Origin: Bacteroidales bacterium
Lineage (GTDB): Bacteria; Bacteroidota; Bacteroidia; Bacteroidales; Muribaculaceae
Assembly (NCBI GenBank): GCA_019416425.1
Contig: DXXK01000067.1
Coordinates: 488-64,487 of the forward strand
Direction: 5' to 3'
Length of the DNA stretch: 64,000 nt
The position numbers and the translations under genes are program-made. The notes below the pieces were generated by a model that was not told where the DNA came from, made no database searches, and saw only the letters and a list, made by a program, of their open reading frames with translations. Shown one piece after another: positions 8,688 through 19,520 of this stretch; position 1 is the stretch's first letter; every line of letters begins with the position of its first letter.

Positions 8688-11057
8688 TTAACGGTTCACT
8701 ACCTCTGACAGATAATGCTCGCGCAGTTTTTTCACATAGCGCTTTCCCGTAAGCACTATTTCATGCTGCAAACGTATATCTTGCGATGACGCAGCCACCT
8801 TAATCAGATAATGTCCAGGAGCTACATTCCATCCACCATCGGCGAAATATCCCAGTTGCTCTGTGAAAAGCCTAAACGACACTGTTTGTTTTTCCCCGGC
8901 CTCGAGGCTTATCCGTGCAAAGCCTTGAAGCTGGATTGGTTTCACCTGGGATTCCCTGTCAAGCGGGGAAACATAGATCTGTACCACTTCGTCTGCGTCT
9001 ACCATACCCGCATTTTTCACATCAACTTCAAGACTAAATGATTCAGCGGTGGTTTCAATCCGCCTGTCAACACGCATACCGCTATATTCAAAAGAAGAAT
9101 AGCTCAATCCATAACCGAATGGCCATGCTATACGAGGGTCATTATACAAGCCGTAATTGTAGCAAACCGGTTCATGTAGCTCTGCAGCAGGATAGCTGAC
9201 ACAGAGTCTGCCGGACGGAGACACATTGCCAAAAAGAATGTCGGCCACGGCATTACCTCCTTCTTCGCCCGGATACCATGCCTGAAGTACCGCCATGCAT
9301 TGCTTGGCCACATCGTTGATTACCTGCGCACGACCTCCAAACACGACCAGTATCACAGGCTTTCCCGTAGCGACAAGCGCATTCACATATTCTTCCTGCC
9401 GTCCGGGGAGAGTGAGTTTTGTACGGTCGCGGTTTTCTCCGCTAAGCATCACGTTTTCTCCCATCGCCGCAACTATCACATCGCATTGACGGGCCATCCG
9501 CAATGCTTCCTCCCAATCGGCCGGTTCACGACTATCTACCATACGGCTGTCGATGGTCTTTTGCGCTGCCACCCTCGGGTCTCCGCCCACTTCCATCACT
9601 GTTTCCGGCTCTTCTGTCCAATCACACCCGCGCGAATAGTACAGTGTACCTTCCTTCGGCATCTTTTGCTCCATGCCATCCTTCAGGAATACATATCTGG
9701 GATGCAGCGGACTTTCCTCCTTGTTATGCCAGAAATAGTGCATTGCCTGAAATGTATAATCGCCCGCAAGTGCCCACATCGAATTGGCATTCGGGCCGGT
9801 AAGAAACACACGTCCTCCCAAGCGTGAAAGCTTTTCGGCAGTCAGGGGCAAAATCGCTTCCCCGCTTTCCGCGAGTGTGTCATTTTTTAACAATACAATA
9901 GATTGAGCGGCAAGCCGGTAGGCGGTTGTCCGCTCTTCTTCGGTGTCAAATTCTATATGACCGTTGTTGTAGAGCCGCGCGGTATTGTCGAGCATACCGA
10001 GTCTTGCCTTCAGCATCAGCACACGCTTTACCGCCTTTTCTAACGTTTCTTCACTGACAACACCTTTATCCAATGCTTCGGGGATATGTGCGTAGGTGTC
10101 GCCATTAGGGAAATCCACTTCGTTACCGGCAATCATTGCCGCAGCACATAGATCGACAGGCGAAAGCGTTTCGTCAACCTGTGGAATAGATCCATAATCA
10201 CTCACAAGGAGTCCATCGAATCCCACATAGCCTCGCAGCAAATCCTGTTGAAGCCGCTTATTGGCAACACATTTCGTGCCATTGAAAGTATGGTAACCGG
10301 TCATCACCGCCTGACTGGAAGCCGTACGGATGATGGCTTCGTGAGGCAACAGAATATCCTCCATCAGTTCCTTTTCGGGAGCATCTCCCCCGCCACCATA
10401 GCCAAGGAAATGCTTAGTGCAGGCTGCAACGCCCTCATGCAGATTCCCTCTGTGCTGGATGCCGTTTACAAAAGCGACTCCCATGGCGGCAGACAAATAC
10501 CCATCCTCTCCGTAAGATTCCTCCAGACGGTTGAACGACGGTGTACGGACCACATCCACCATCGGGGAGAGTGCAAGCGTTCCGCCTATGGCACGCAAGG
10601 CCGTGGCAGAAAGCCTGGCTTTCCTTTCCGCCAGCTCCGTGTTCCATGTACACGCCATGCCTATCTGCTGTGGATAGACAGTGGCATCCAGGGCATTCAC
10701 TCCGGAGAGCGCTTCTTCATGAACGAGAGCCGGAATATGATTAGGTGTGTTTTCAATAAGCCATTTCTGCAACCGGGCTACCCTGTCGCGCTGCTCATCG
10801 GGCGACATTCCCAAATCCATGGCGAATTGGGAAATATGTCCAATGCCGTCGGGAATCAGCTCCTTGCATTTCACCTCATCGATCATACCTTCGGGAGTTA
10901 ACAACGCAGATATGTAGATGCTTCTCAGCTGAGCCACCCGTTCAGAGCGGCTCATGCTGTCGTAAAGCTGATCCACACGCTGTTCCAATGTTTGTGAGCT
11001 ACACTCCACCGCAGATATACAAGCCATGGCTACAAACATCTTTCTGATGGACCTCAT
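8688..11057 (-). CDS. GH3 beta-glucosidase
   Basis: EESYGEDGYL, KHFLGYG, VSDY nucleophile, QAWYPGEEGG, PFGYGLSY and Fn3 tail. Confidence 0.93.
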   Translation of the reverse strand: MRSIRKMFVAMACISAVECSSQTLEQRVDQLYDSMSRSERVAQLRSIYISALLTPEGMIDEVKCKELIPDGIGHISQFAMDLGMSPDEQRDRVARLQKWLIENTPNHIPALVHEEALSGVNALDATVYPQQIGMACTWNTELAERKARLSATALRAIGGTLALSPMVDVVRTPSFNRLEESYGEDGYLSAAMGVAFVNGIQHRGNLHEGVAACTKHFLGYGGGGDAPEKELMEDILLPHEAIIRTASSQAVMTGYHTFNGTKCVANKRLQQDLLRGYVGFDGLLVSDYGSIPQVDETLSPVDLCAAAMIAGNEVDFPNGDTYAHIPEALDKGVVSEETLEKAVKRVLMLKARLGMLDNTARLYNNGHIEFDTEEERTTAYRLAAQSIVLLKNDTLAESGEAILPLTAEKLSRLGGRVFLTGPNANSMWALAGDYTFQAMHYFWHNKEESPLHPRYVFLKDGMEQKMPKEGTLYYSRGCDWTEEPETVMEVGGDPRVAAQKTIDSRMVDSREPADWEEALRMARQCDVIVAAMGENVMLSGENRDRTKLTLPGRQEEYVNALVATGKPVILVVFGGRAQVINDVAKQCMAVLQAWYPGEEGGNAVADILFGNVSPSGRLCVSYPAAELHEPVCYNYGLYNDPRIAWPFGYGLSYSSFEYSGMRVDRRIETTAESFSLEVDVKNAGMVDADEVVQIYVSPLDRESQVKPIQLQGFARISLEAGEKQTVSFRLFTEQLGYFADGGWNVAPGHYLIKVAASSQDIRLQHEIVLTGKRYVKKLREHYLSEVVNR

Positions 11058-11068
11058 GAGCTGTGCTA

Positions 11069-13357
11069 CTAATAGTTATATTTCACTTTGCCACGAATAT
11101 CAGCTGCCGATGCTCCGACATAAATAGTGAAAGAACCTCGTTCCGCCACCCATTCATGCCTTTCTTCATCGAAATATTTCAAATCATCATCATCAATCGT
11201 ATATGATATCAGCTTTGTCTCTCCAGGCGCAAGCGCGACTTTCTCAAAATACTTGAGTTCCTTCACCGGGCGGATTACAGATGCCTTGTCGTCACCGACG
11301 TAAAACTGTACCACATCCTGACCTGTGACTTTTCCGGTGTTGCTCACCGATACCGATACAGTGCGACCGTCAATGATGGGTTTACCGTAACTGAATGTAG
11401 TGTAGCTCAAACCGAATCCAAACGGGAAACGCACTTTTGTCTTAAAGTAGTCAAACCAGCGATAGCCTAAGAGAATGTCCTCGCCATATATTTCTGTTTC
11501 ATTTTTCATTGATCCGTTACCCGGCTCGTTGCAGAAATCAACACCTTTCCAACCTTCAACAGCCGCCTTCAACAGTCCGGCGGAACTCATAGGTTTTCCT
11601 TCTTCGCCGCCAAAAGGTTGGGGCAACTTGTCCGGTGACACACCAGGATAGCCTACGGCACCCATTTTATGGGCAGGGTAGTCGGTAAGCTGATATGCAA
11701 ATGAGAACGGGAGCCTTCCGGACGGGCACACATCTCCTGAGATTATATCCGCCAAAGCGTGTCCGGCTTCGCTACCAAGATACCATGACTGCACCAGTGC
11801 GGGTGTCTTGTCAAGCCAGGGCATGTCGTAGGCGTTACCGCTTACGATCACCAATACAGTGTTTCCGTTGGCGGCAAGCAGCTCAGAAATCAGACGGTCC
11901 TGACCGAAAGGAAGTTGATAGTGCTCACGGTCGCCGCCTTCACAGTCCTGGGTATGGTTCTTGTTAAGTCCTCCTATATAGATGACACAATCAGCTTTTT
12001 TTGCTTTATCAACGGCTTCATTACGTAGCGAATCATACAAGGCCTGTGGCAGAACATCTACTTCGCCGAACATCGCACGCCCTGATTCATAGCCTTTTGC
12101 ATATTCCACGACACATCTGTCACCGAACCGTTCCTTGATGCCACGCAGTGGCGACACTTCATCACGAGGTTTGAGTTCACTTGATCCTCCACCCGCGCAT
12201 AAACTGCGTGTGGCATTCTCACCAACCACCAAAATCCTCATTCTGTCCTTTGGCTTTAGAGGCAGGATTCCGTTGTTCTTCAACAGCACAATGCCTTCCT
12301 GTGCTATCTTACGTGCCGCAGCGACATGTTCGGGCGTATTCATCGAGCCAAAGTCCCGATCTGCAGACATTTCCGTACGCAGGATCAGACGGAGCATACG
12401 GCGTGCCTTGTCATTGATTATCGAATCAGGTACTACGCCCTTTCGGCATTTCGCAAGATAGGCTTTCCCAAGATAATAATCGTCATATGTATTTATCGGC
12501 GCTTCGGTGGAAAGGCCATCGGTAAAGCTGCCCATCTCAAGGTCGAGACCATTAAAAATGGCTTCGTTTGTGTTATGTGCGGCACCCCAGTCCGTAATCA
12601 CAGCACCGTCAAATCCCCATTCCTTCTTAAGGATGTCGTTAATCAGACGTGCGTTATGAGTTGCGTGTTGATTGAGGTATTGGTTGTAGCTGCCCATCAG
12701 AGTCCATGCGCCTCCTTCAACCACAGCCGCATGGAACGGACGCAAGTAGAGTTCGTGCAAGGCGCGGTCGGAAACACGCACGTCCACATGACTGCGGAAT
12801 GTTTCCTGTTCGTTAAGTGCATAATGCTTTATGCAGCTTGCCACGCCGTTTGACTGAAGTCCCCGGATATAAGGTACGCACATTCGTGAAGCGAGATACG
12901 GGTCCTCTCCCATATATTCAAAGTTGCGGCCATTAAGAGGCGTACGGTATAGGTTCACGCCGGGGCCTAACAGCACTGTCTTATTGCGGTAACGTGCCTC
13001 TTCACCTACCATTCGTCCATAAAGAGAAGCCATTTCCGGCTGCCATGTGGCGGCAAGACATGTAAGGGCAGGGAAGGCCGTGCAAGAATCATTTGTCCAG
13101 CCGGCGTGATTCCAGTCATTCCAGTTGATCTCCATACGCACACCATGAGGACCGTCGCTGGTATGGACCTCAGGAATACCCAGGCGTGGCACGCCGGGAC
13201 TTGAGAACTTCGATTGCGCATAACTGAGACGGACTTTCTCTTCGAGAGTCATCTTGCTCAGGAGTTCATCCACCTTTGATTCAATATCATCATTATTGTC
13301 GGCAGCGTTTGAAATCAAGATGCCAAACATAAAAAACATTACAAGTAATTTTTTCAT
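11069..13357 (-). CDS. GH3 beta-glucosidase
   Basis: SDGPHGVR, GRNFEYMGEDPYL, KHYALNEQE, ITDW, FPFGFGLSY. Confidence 0.95.
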   Translation of the reverse strand: MKKLLVMFFMFGILISNAADNNDDIESKVDELLSKMTLEEKVRLSYAQSKFSSPGVPRLGIPEVHTSDGPHGVRMEINWNDWNHAGWTNDSCTAFPALTCLAATWQPEMASLYGRMVGEEARYRNKTVLLGPGVNLYRTPLNGRNFEYMGEDPYLASRMCVPYIRGLQSNGVASCIKHYALNEQETFRSHVDVRVSDRALHELYLRPFHAAVVEGGAWTLMGSYNQYLNQHATHNARLINDILKKEWGFDGAVITDWGAAHNTNEAIFNGLDLEMGSFTDGLSTEAPINTYDDYYLGKAYLAKCRKGVVPDSIINDKARRMLRLILRTEMSADRDFGSMNTPEHVAAARKIAQEGIVLLKNNGILPLKPKDRMRILVVGENATRSLCAGGGSSELKPRDEVSPLRGIKERFGDRCVVEYAKGYESGRAMFGEVDVLPQALYDSLRNEAVDKAKKADCVIYIGGLNKNHTQDCEGGDREHYQLPFGQDRLISELLAANGNTVLVIVSGNAYDMPWLDKTPALVQSWYLGSEAGHALADIISGDVCPSGRLPFSFAYQLTDYPAHKMGAVGYPGVSPDKLPQPFGGEEGKPMSSAGLLKAAVEGWKGVDFCNEPGNGSMKNETEIYGEDILLGYRWFDYFKTKVRFPFGFGLSYTTFSYGKPIIDGRTVSVSVSNTGKVTGQDVVQFYVGDDKASVIRPVKELKYFEKVALAPGETKLISYTIDDDDLKYFDEERHEWVAERGSFTIYVGASAADIRGKVKYNY

Positions 13358-13387
13358 GCTGAATAATTTAAATAAGACATTTACAGA

Positions 13388-13444
13388 AGCGAGTGGATAC
13401 CTGTCGGGTCCTTCTCAATGGACAACGATCGGTATCCACTCGCT
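13388..13444. terminator. Intergenic stem-loop (terminator or mRNA stabiliser)
   Basis: Perfect 14-bp inverted repeat AGCGAGTGGATACC/GGTATCCACTCGCT. Confidence 0.6.
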
Positions 13445-13481
13445 GAATAATTTATACGTCTTCGAGCAAGACGATGCAGGG

Positions 13482-14474
13482 TTATTCCTTAGTGATTTTT
13501 AGAATCGTATATCCGTCACCCACGAAAATGGCTCCGCCCTGTGCGTCCATAAGCTCCATGGAGTAATCAGTAAGCGTATACTCCAGCACCATGCTCCCGC
13601 TGATGGCTATATCACCGCGTTCAGGGTCTCCTTTTCCGGTAAGGATGTTGTTCCACCAGTCAGTTGTCAGGGTTCCCTGGCCCTCACCGGTAACATAAGC
13701 GCGAACTATATCACCGCTCTTCACCAAATCCTTAAACTGAGACTGCAACTCTCTGAACGGTATACCCCATGTGACATTGAACTCGCCTTCCCACAGAATC
13801 TCTTCGGTTACCACAGGAGCAGTTTCGCTGATTTCAATCTTGCCGCCGCCATAGACATTCCCTTCATTGTCTGTGAGAGTCACGCGGTATGTCCCGAGAG
13901 CGAGGTCGGCGGGAACAGTATATTCCACATAGCTTTTCTCGCCTTTGTCAATGAATGTCGTGGCAGCCTCCTTATCACCGATCATGATCTTAGAGACCTT
14001 GTCCATATTTGTGCCATGGAGCTTGACAACTGACCCCGGCACAACCTGTCGGTCGCGGATATCGTTGCCGGGATTCGGGTCACTCTCAAGCGGACGGACA
14101 ATAAGTTTTCCTGTACGGGATGTCGATTTGCCCTTTGTTGTGGTAGCGACAACCTTCAGAATATATTCCCCTGCCAGAAAGCCATGCTGAATTTTCTTAC
14201 CCTCATGTATCTTCTCGTCATCAATAAACCATTCTACAGTGGTGTAGAGAGCCGGTGTCACCGTGACAGAGTCTATAAACTCAATATCACGAGATATATT
14301 CTTGTACACAGCAGGTTCGCCATTCTCCCAATCACCGAACCATGGAAGGAGGATCTGAGGAAAGTCATCCTCGGAAGCAGTAATGAACCCGTCGTTGTCT
14401 TCAGAGCAGGAGCAGAGCAGACCCATTGAGAGAACAGCCATAACTGCCATTAAATTATATAATACTTTTTTCAT
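13482..14474 (-). CDS. Surface glycan-binding lipoprotein (SGBP-B-like, Ig/IPT domains)
   Basis: Lipobox LLCSC-SEDND; position directly after susD; Trp-rich C-terminal domain. Confidence 0.75.
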   Translation of the reverse strand: MKKVLYNLMAVMAVLSMGLLCSCSEDNDGFITASEDDFPQILLPWFGDWENGEPAVYKNISRDIEFIDSVTVTPALYTTVEWFIDDEKIHEGKKIQHGFLAGEYILKVVATTTKGKSTSRTGKLIVRPLESDPNPGNDIRDRQVVPGSVVKLHGTNMDKVSKIMIGDKEAATTFIDKGEKSYVEYTVPADLALGTYRVTLTDNEGNVYGGGKIEISETAPVVTEEILWEGEFNVTWGIPFRELQSQFKDLVKSGDIVRAYVTGEGQGTLTTDWWNNILTGKGDPERGDIAISGSMVLEYTLTDYSMELMDAQGGAIFVGDGYTILKITKE

Positions 14475-14491
14475 CTTGAATCAATTTTTGA

Positions 14492-14532
14492 TCCCTGTTC
14501 CGCCTCCCCCATAAGGGAGGCGGAAAGAGGGA
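14492..14532. terminator. GC-rich stem-loop after susD
   Basis: TTCCGCCTCCC/GGGAGGCGGAA 11-bp perfect stem. Confidence 0.6.
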
Positions 14533-14555
14533 AATGGATGATAACCTTAAACAAT

Positions 14556-16295
14556 CTATTTACCTAATTCTTTGATATCCATATAATGCTGATCGGCTGT
14601 ATCCCACCAGACACGTGTGTGCCAGTTGTCATTGCCACCCATACGTTCTACGGCTTCCTTATTGTTTACGCTGTTGTACTTGGCTTCAAGCAACGGATAG
14701 CGCAAACGTACAGGAGTCTGCATGTTCGGGTCTTCGTGAGGGAAATCGCCACGGACAGGAAGCAAGGTGCGGTCTGCAAGTGCCGGATAATCGGAACGGC
14801 GCAGATTGGCCCAGCCTTCGCTTGGATTCGTAAGATGAAGAATCCATGCCTGGGTGTTTATGGCCTCACGGGGGTTATCGCCCAGCGGATTGGCCGTTAT
14901 ATATTCATCAATTTCCTCATCGGTGATTTTCGTGACTATGTCATAGTAGTTGTTGAGCATCCGCATGGATGCACGAATACCGTTTTCATAGTGGCTTTTG
15001 GCATCGCCCGGAACATTCCAGCCCTTTGACGCAGCCTCAGCAAGAAGGAATTCAACTTCGGCAGAAGTGATGAGAATACCAGGGCAGTCAGCATTGCAGA
15101 ATGCTACAGCGATAGTGGGGCGCAGCATACGCGCCGGATAGTTGTTCTTGTCGTACCCCTTGTCCGGATAAAGTTTCACAAGTGCGGCAAGAGTGGGAAT
15201 CTCTTCGTTTGCGGGTCCGTTTACCCACTCGTTCCACCAGGCATCGCCGACATTACAGGGTACAATACCTGTACCACCGCGTTCGCCCCAATCCATCACC
15301 TCTTCAGTGACGTCGAAGTTGCCTGAAGTGTCGGTCTGGCTTCGTGTTGTGTGGATATAGCATCTGGCGATACGGTAAAGACGCGGGTCGTTCATCATCT
15401 GCATATATTTGAACAATGTCGAGCAAACAAATGAAGGAGACTCGGGATCCTGCCCATAAATCATCTCGCCAAGAGCATTGGCCCTGAAATCGAGATCATT
15501 GGCGCCATCGTACAGTGTGAATGGAGCGTCAATGTACTTCACGTACGCATCATCCACGGACGATGAGATAATACCACCGTCAGCCTTCAGGGCCGATTCG
15601 AACTCTTCACGGGCTTTTTCAGGAGCGACATCCGATATACGCATCGCATAACGCAGACGAAGAGTGTTGGCATACTTTTTCCAGGCGTCCGCATCCCCGT
15701 TTAAGGAAGTGACGTCGCCCGTGATGACATCCGTACCCGTACCGAGCTGCGCGGCACACGCTTTCAGCTCAGAGAAAATGAAGTCATAGACTTCCTTCTG
15801 TGTATCGTACTTCGGGTTGGCAATACCATTGATATAGGACATTCCCGCCTCAGTGCATGGGATATCACCATATATGTCGGAGAGTACCGCCATCACGTAA
15901 GCTCGATGGATTCGCAACGCCGCATTGGTGTTCGGCATGTCCTCCGAGCGATGGATGGCATCTACAAGATTCTTGATGCCTATCGAGTAGTAACGGTTCC
16001 ACACATGGGACATCTCGGAATCCTTAGGATAGACAGCTCCCGCATAATTGGACACATTCCATCCACCTGCATAATACTGCGTGAAACCGGTGATATAGCT
16101 GCGGTAGGTGTCCATGAGGGAGAAATCTCCATATGTCTGTAACAGCGCTGTGGTCAACTGTGTATTCGGATCGATGGTGTTCGCCTTCGAATCATCATTG
16201 TTGACATCCTCCATATAGGCATCCGAGCATGCGGAGACCCCCAGAAGTATGAGAATCGTCGCTGCGGATACTATGCAATCATATATTTTCTTCAT
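14556..16295 (-). CDS. susD: SusD/RagB-family glycan-binding lipoprotein
   Basis: Lipobox VSAC; LSDIYGDIP, WKKYANTLRLRYAMRIS, EGWANLRRSDYP, TRVWWD. Confidence 0.93.
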   Translation of the reverse strand: MKKIYDCIVSAATILILLGVSACSDAYMEDVNNDDSKANTIDPNTQLTTALLQTYGDFSLMDTYRSYITGFTQYYAGGWNVSNYAGAVYPKDSEMSHVWNRYYSIGIKNLVDAIHRSEDMPNTNAALRIHRAYVMAVLSDIYGDIPCTEAGMSYINGIANPKYDTQKEVYDFIFSELKACAAQLGTGTDVITGDVTSLNGDADAWKKYANTLRLRYAMRISDVAPEKAREEFESALKADGGIISSSVDDAYVKYIDAPFTLYDGANDLDFRANALGEMIYGQDPESPSFVCSTLFKYMQMMNDPRLYRIARCYIHTTRSQTDTSGNFDVTEEVMDWGERGGTGIVPCNVGDAWWNEWVNGPANEEIPTLAALVKLYPDKGYDKNNYPARMLRPTIAVAFCNADCPGILITSAEVEFLLAEAASKGWNVPGDAKSHYENGIRASMRMLNNYYDIVTKITDEEIDEYITANPLGDNPREAINTQAWILHLTNPSEGWANLRRSDYPALADRTLLPVRGDFPHEDPNMQTPVRLRYPLLEAKYNSVNNKEAVERMGGNDNWHTRVWWDTADQHYMDIKELGK

Positions 16296-16311
16296 AAGTG
16301 TTCAGGTTCTT

Positions 16312-19300
16312 TTAGAATTTCACATATACATTAAATCCGAAACTGCGGCGTGACGGGAGCGACCCGTACTCAAGACCCATGCCCGATGTATTGTAGTTGG
16401 AATCGGGGTCGATGTTCGGAATGTTCTTCCATACAATGAAGGGGTTGCGGGCAACGAATGAAACCGACAATGACTGCACCGCCTTGCCGAGCATGCTTGA
16501 CGGGAAAGTATAGCCGAAGGTGATCTCACGACATTTGATGTAAGAATTATCGTAAATAAAGGTCGCCGGTGCCTTTTCCGCAACGCTCTTCCAATAGTTC
16601 TGTGGATTCACCGGGTATGTGTTCTTGCTGTATGTGCCGTCGCCGTTATCAACAACGCCATCTGCAATGAAACCCTCGCACTTGCCGGCTGCACGCCACT
16701 GTGCCTCGCTCATGCCGGCGGCCTTGCGCGCTTCCTCCTAACGGTACCATTCCTCTCGTCCTTCAAGTGTGGCATTTGCCTTACCGGTCAAGTATGCCGA
16801 GCGCATCGAGAATGAATAGAGGTCGGCACCCATCTTCACATCGAAACCGGCGTAAAGGTGGAAGTTCTTAAAGGTAAACGTCGTGTAGAGACCGCCCGTC
16901 CAGTCCCATGTAGAATTGCCGAGTGTCTTGAGATTCTCATCATACAGCGGCAGGCCGGTATTCTTGTCGATAATGACATCGCCATTCTCGTTGCGCTTGA
17001 AATCCGTGCCGAGGATAGAACCGAAATTCTTTCCTACCTCAGCACCGACCGACACCCCTGCCCAGCTTGCATCGGCCAGCTGGAAATAATCCATACCTTC
17101 GACAAGATTAAGCACCTTGTTTGAATTCTTTGAGAAGTTTATACCGGCATCCCAGGCGAAGTCCTTGACCTGCATTATACGGCCATATACCGCCAGCTCG
17201 ATACCCCTGTTCTGGATTTTACCGGCATTTATAAGACGGGTTTGGTAACCCGCGGCCGAGGAGGAGGCAAGTCCTATGATCTGGTCCTTGGATACCTGGT
17301 CATAGAATGTAAAGTCAATATTGAGACGGCTGTTGAAGAATTTGGTTTCAAAACCGAGCTCATAGGAATTCGTCATAGTCGGCTTGAGATCCTTATTGGG
17401 CTGTACGACATTGTTTATCATACCGATGGTGAAACCGGGATATGAGTATTTTCCAGTGGCATAATTCAACGCGAGCTGGTAGGGATCCGTATCCGAACCG
17501 ACCTTGGCCCAGGAAGCGCGGACCTTACCGAAACTCAGGATGTTCTGGTTCCTGATGAATTTGGAGAAGACGATGCTTCCCGAAACCGAAGGATAGATAT
17601 AGGTGTTGTTAGCCACAGGGAGTGTGGAGGAACGGTCGCCACGGACGGTGCCTTCAAGAAAATATGTAGAGCGGTATCCCAGGCTCGCGCTTGCAAAGAT
17701 TGAGTTTATCTGCTTCTTGTAGGTATAGGGCATCACATTCTGCTCAGCATAGTTCATAATCGAGACCACACCGTCCATCTGTTGGTCGGTACCGGTAATG
17801 ATGGAAGTCTTGTTGTTTACCCTATATATGTTTCCGCCAAGGGTGGCGTTCAGGTCGAAATCGCCCCAGTTGTTGTTGTAGAGGGCAAGAATCTCCGCAT
17901 TGAGGGTGCGATTATTGAAAATTGAGTTGGTAAGCTTACCGGGAAGAACGCCAGGAGTCGTACGCGCGATGAAATCCTCGAAATTCATGTTATTGATGTC
18001 GGTTCCGATCGTACCCTGGACTTTCAGATTTTTGGTTATGTTGTAAATGACCTTACCCGTGAATCTGAATACATCCTTCGTCGATGTATTATCACACTTA
18101 TATAGATCCCAATACGGGTTCTTGTTGTACTGGTCGTTACCGTTCCAACGCGCATAGCTGCCGTCGGGATTCTGATAGTTCTTGAGCCACTCCTGATTGT
18201 AGGTGCTTGCCAAGGTCATAAGGTTTTTCCCGACATTGCTTTGGGAGTCGCCAAGGGCAGGACGGTTTTTCACATCCTCGCGGGTATAGTTGGCAGTGAG
18301 ATCCACGTCAACCGGCCCGATGGAGGTATTGACTCTAAGATTGAAATTGTCGCGGCTCATGTGGGTGTTTGGAAGAATGTCCTTGTTGCGCATATCTGTG
18401 AACGAGAAGCGGACACCGGTCTTACCGCTGTTTACATTCAGGACAACGGTATTCTGAGCCGTCAGACCTGTGCGGAAGAATGACGAGGTGTTGTTGCGGT
18501 ACATCAGGAATGGACGCACCGAACCGTCATAATACGTCTTGTCGATCATGTCCGCTTTCACGCCCCAGCTTTGGTTTGTACCTGACGATGCGTCAAGTTC
18601 ATACTGCCCATTGTTGCCCATTCCGTAGATATGCTGAACGTCATCCCATTTCGCAAGTTGGGTGTCAATAGTGAGTGAACCGTTATACTCTATTGAGAAT
18701 TTCTCCTTCTCTGCCTTCTTTGTGGTTATGAGGATCACACCGTGCGATGCACGTGACCCATATAGCGCCGAGGCTGCCGGGCCTTTCAATACAGTCATGG
18801 TCTCGATGTCGTCAGGGTTTATGGCCGATATACCGTCGCCAAGATCATAACCTCCCTGTTCGCCGGCGCTCCCGAAATTGGTGTTGTCCAAAGGCACGCC
18901 ATCAATCACATAAAGAGGCTGGTTGTTGCCCGTCATCTCCGTTGTGCCGCGGAGCATCACTCTGGTGGAACCGGAGGCTCCGCTGGCAGTGTTGCTGACA
19001 ACAAGACCGGCGACTTTGCCCGCAAGCGAATTCATGACATTTGTTTCCTTCGCTTTGTTCAATTCATCTCCCTTCACTTCCGAAAGTCCGTAACCCAGAG
19101 CCTTACGGTCACGCTTTATGCCAAGTGCGGTCACGACAACCTCATTCAGTTCCGTAGAGCTTTCATCAAGCTTTATTGTCATTTTCTCCTCTGCCCTGAC
19201 ACGCAAAGGCTTGTATCCCACATAGGATACTTCAAGTTCGTCACCGGCATGGCATTTCAGGGTAAAGTTCCCGTCAATATCCGTAACCGCGCCGTTGGTG

Positions 19301-19491
19301 GTTCCAACCACTTTCACAAACGCTCCGATCAAAGGTTCCACACCATCGGAGACATTCCCCGTCACTGTAATGTCAGCTGTTACCGTCGTAACGACACCTG
19401 CAGTCCCTTCCGAAACAGCCGCCATAACCGGAAACGGTATCAGGCCGGTGCCAATCACATACAGCGACAATATTAGTTGCTTCGTTGTCAT
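16312..19491 (-). pseudogene. susC: SusC/RagA TonB-dependent transporter interrupted by an in-frame TAG at 16738-16740
   Basis: Plug motifs VVVTALGI, PLYVIDGVP, LKGPAASALYGSRA; the frame continues past ...EEWYR*EEARKAAGM... to the barrel end FGFNVYVKF. Confidence 0.9.
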
Positions 19492-19520
19492 GATATATTT
19501 TAATTGGTTTAACTAATCGC

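Noticed and set aside
16738..16740. TAG recoding (alternative genetic code or pyrrolysine) in susC
   Set aside because: TAG ends many normal genes here (e.g. at 2741, 11069, 14556, 42156), and no pyl genes are in the window
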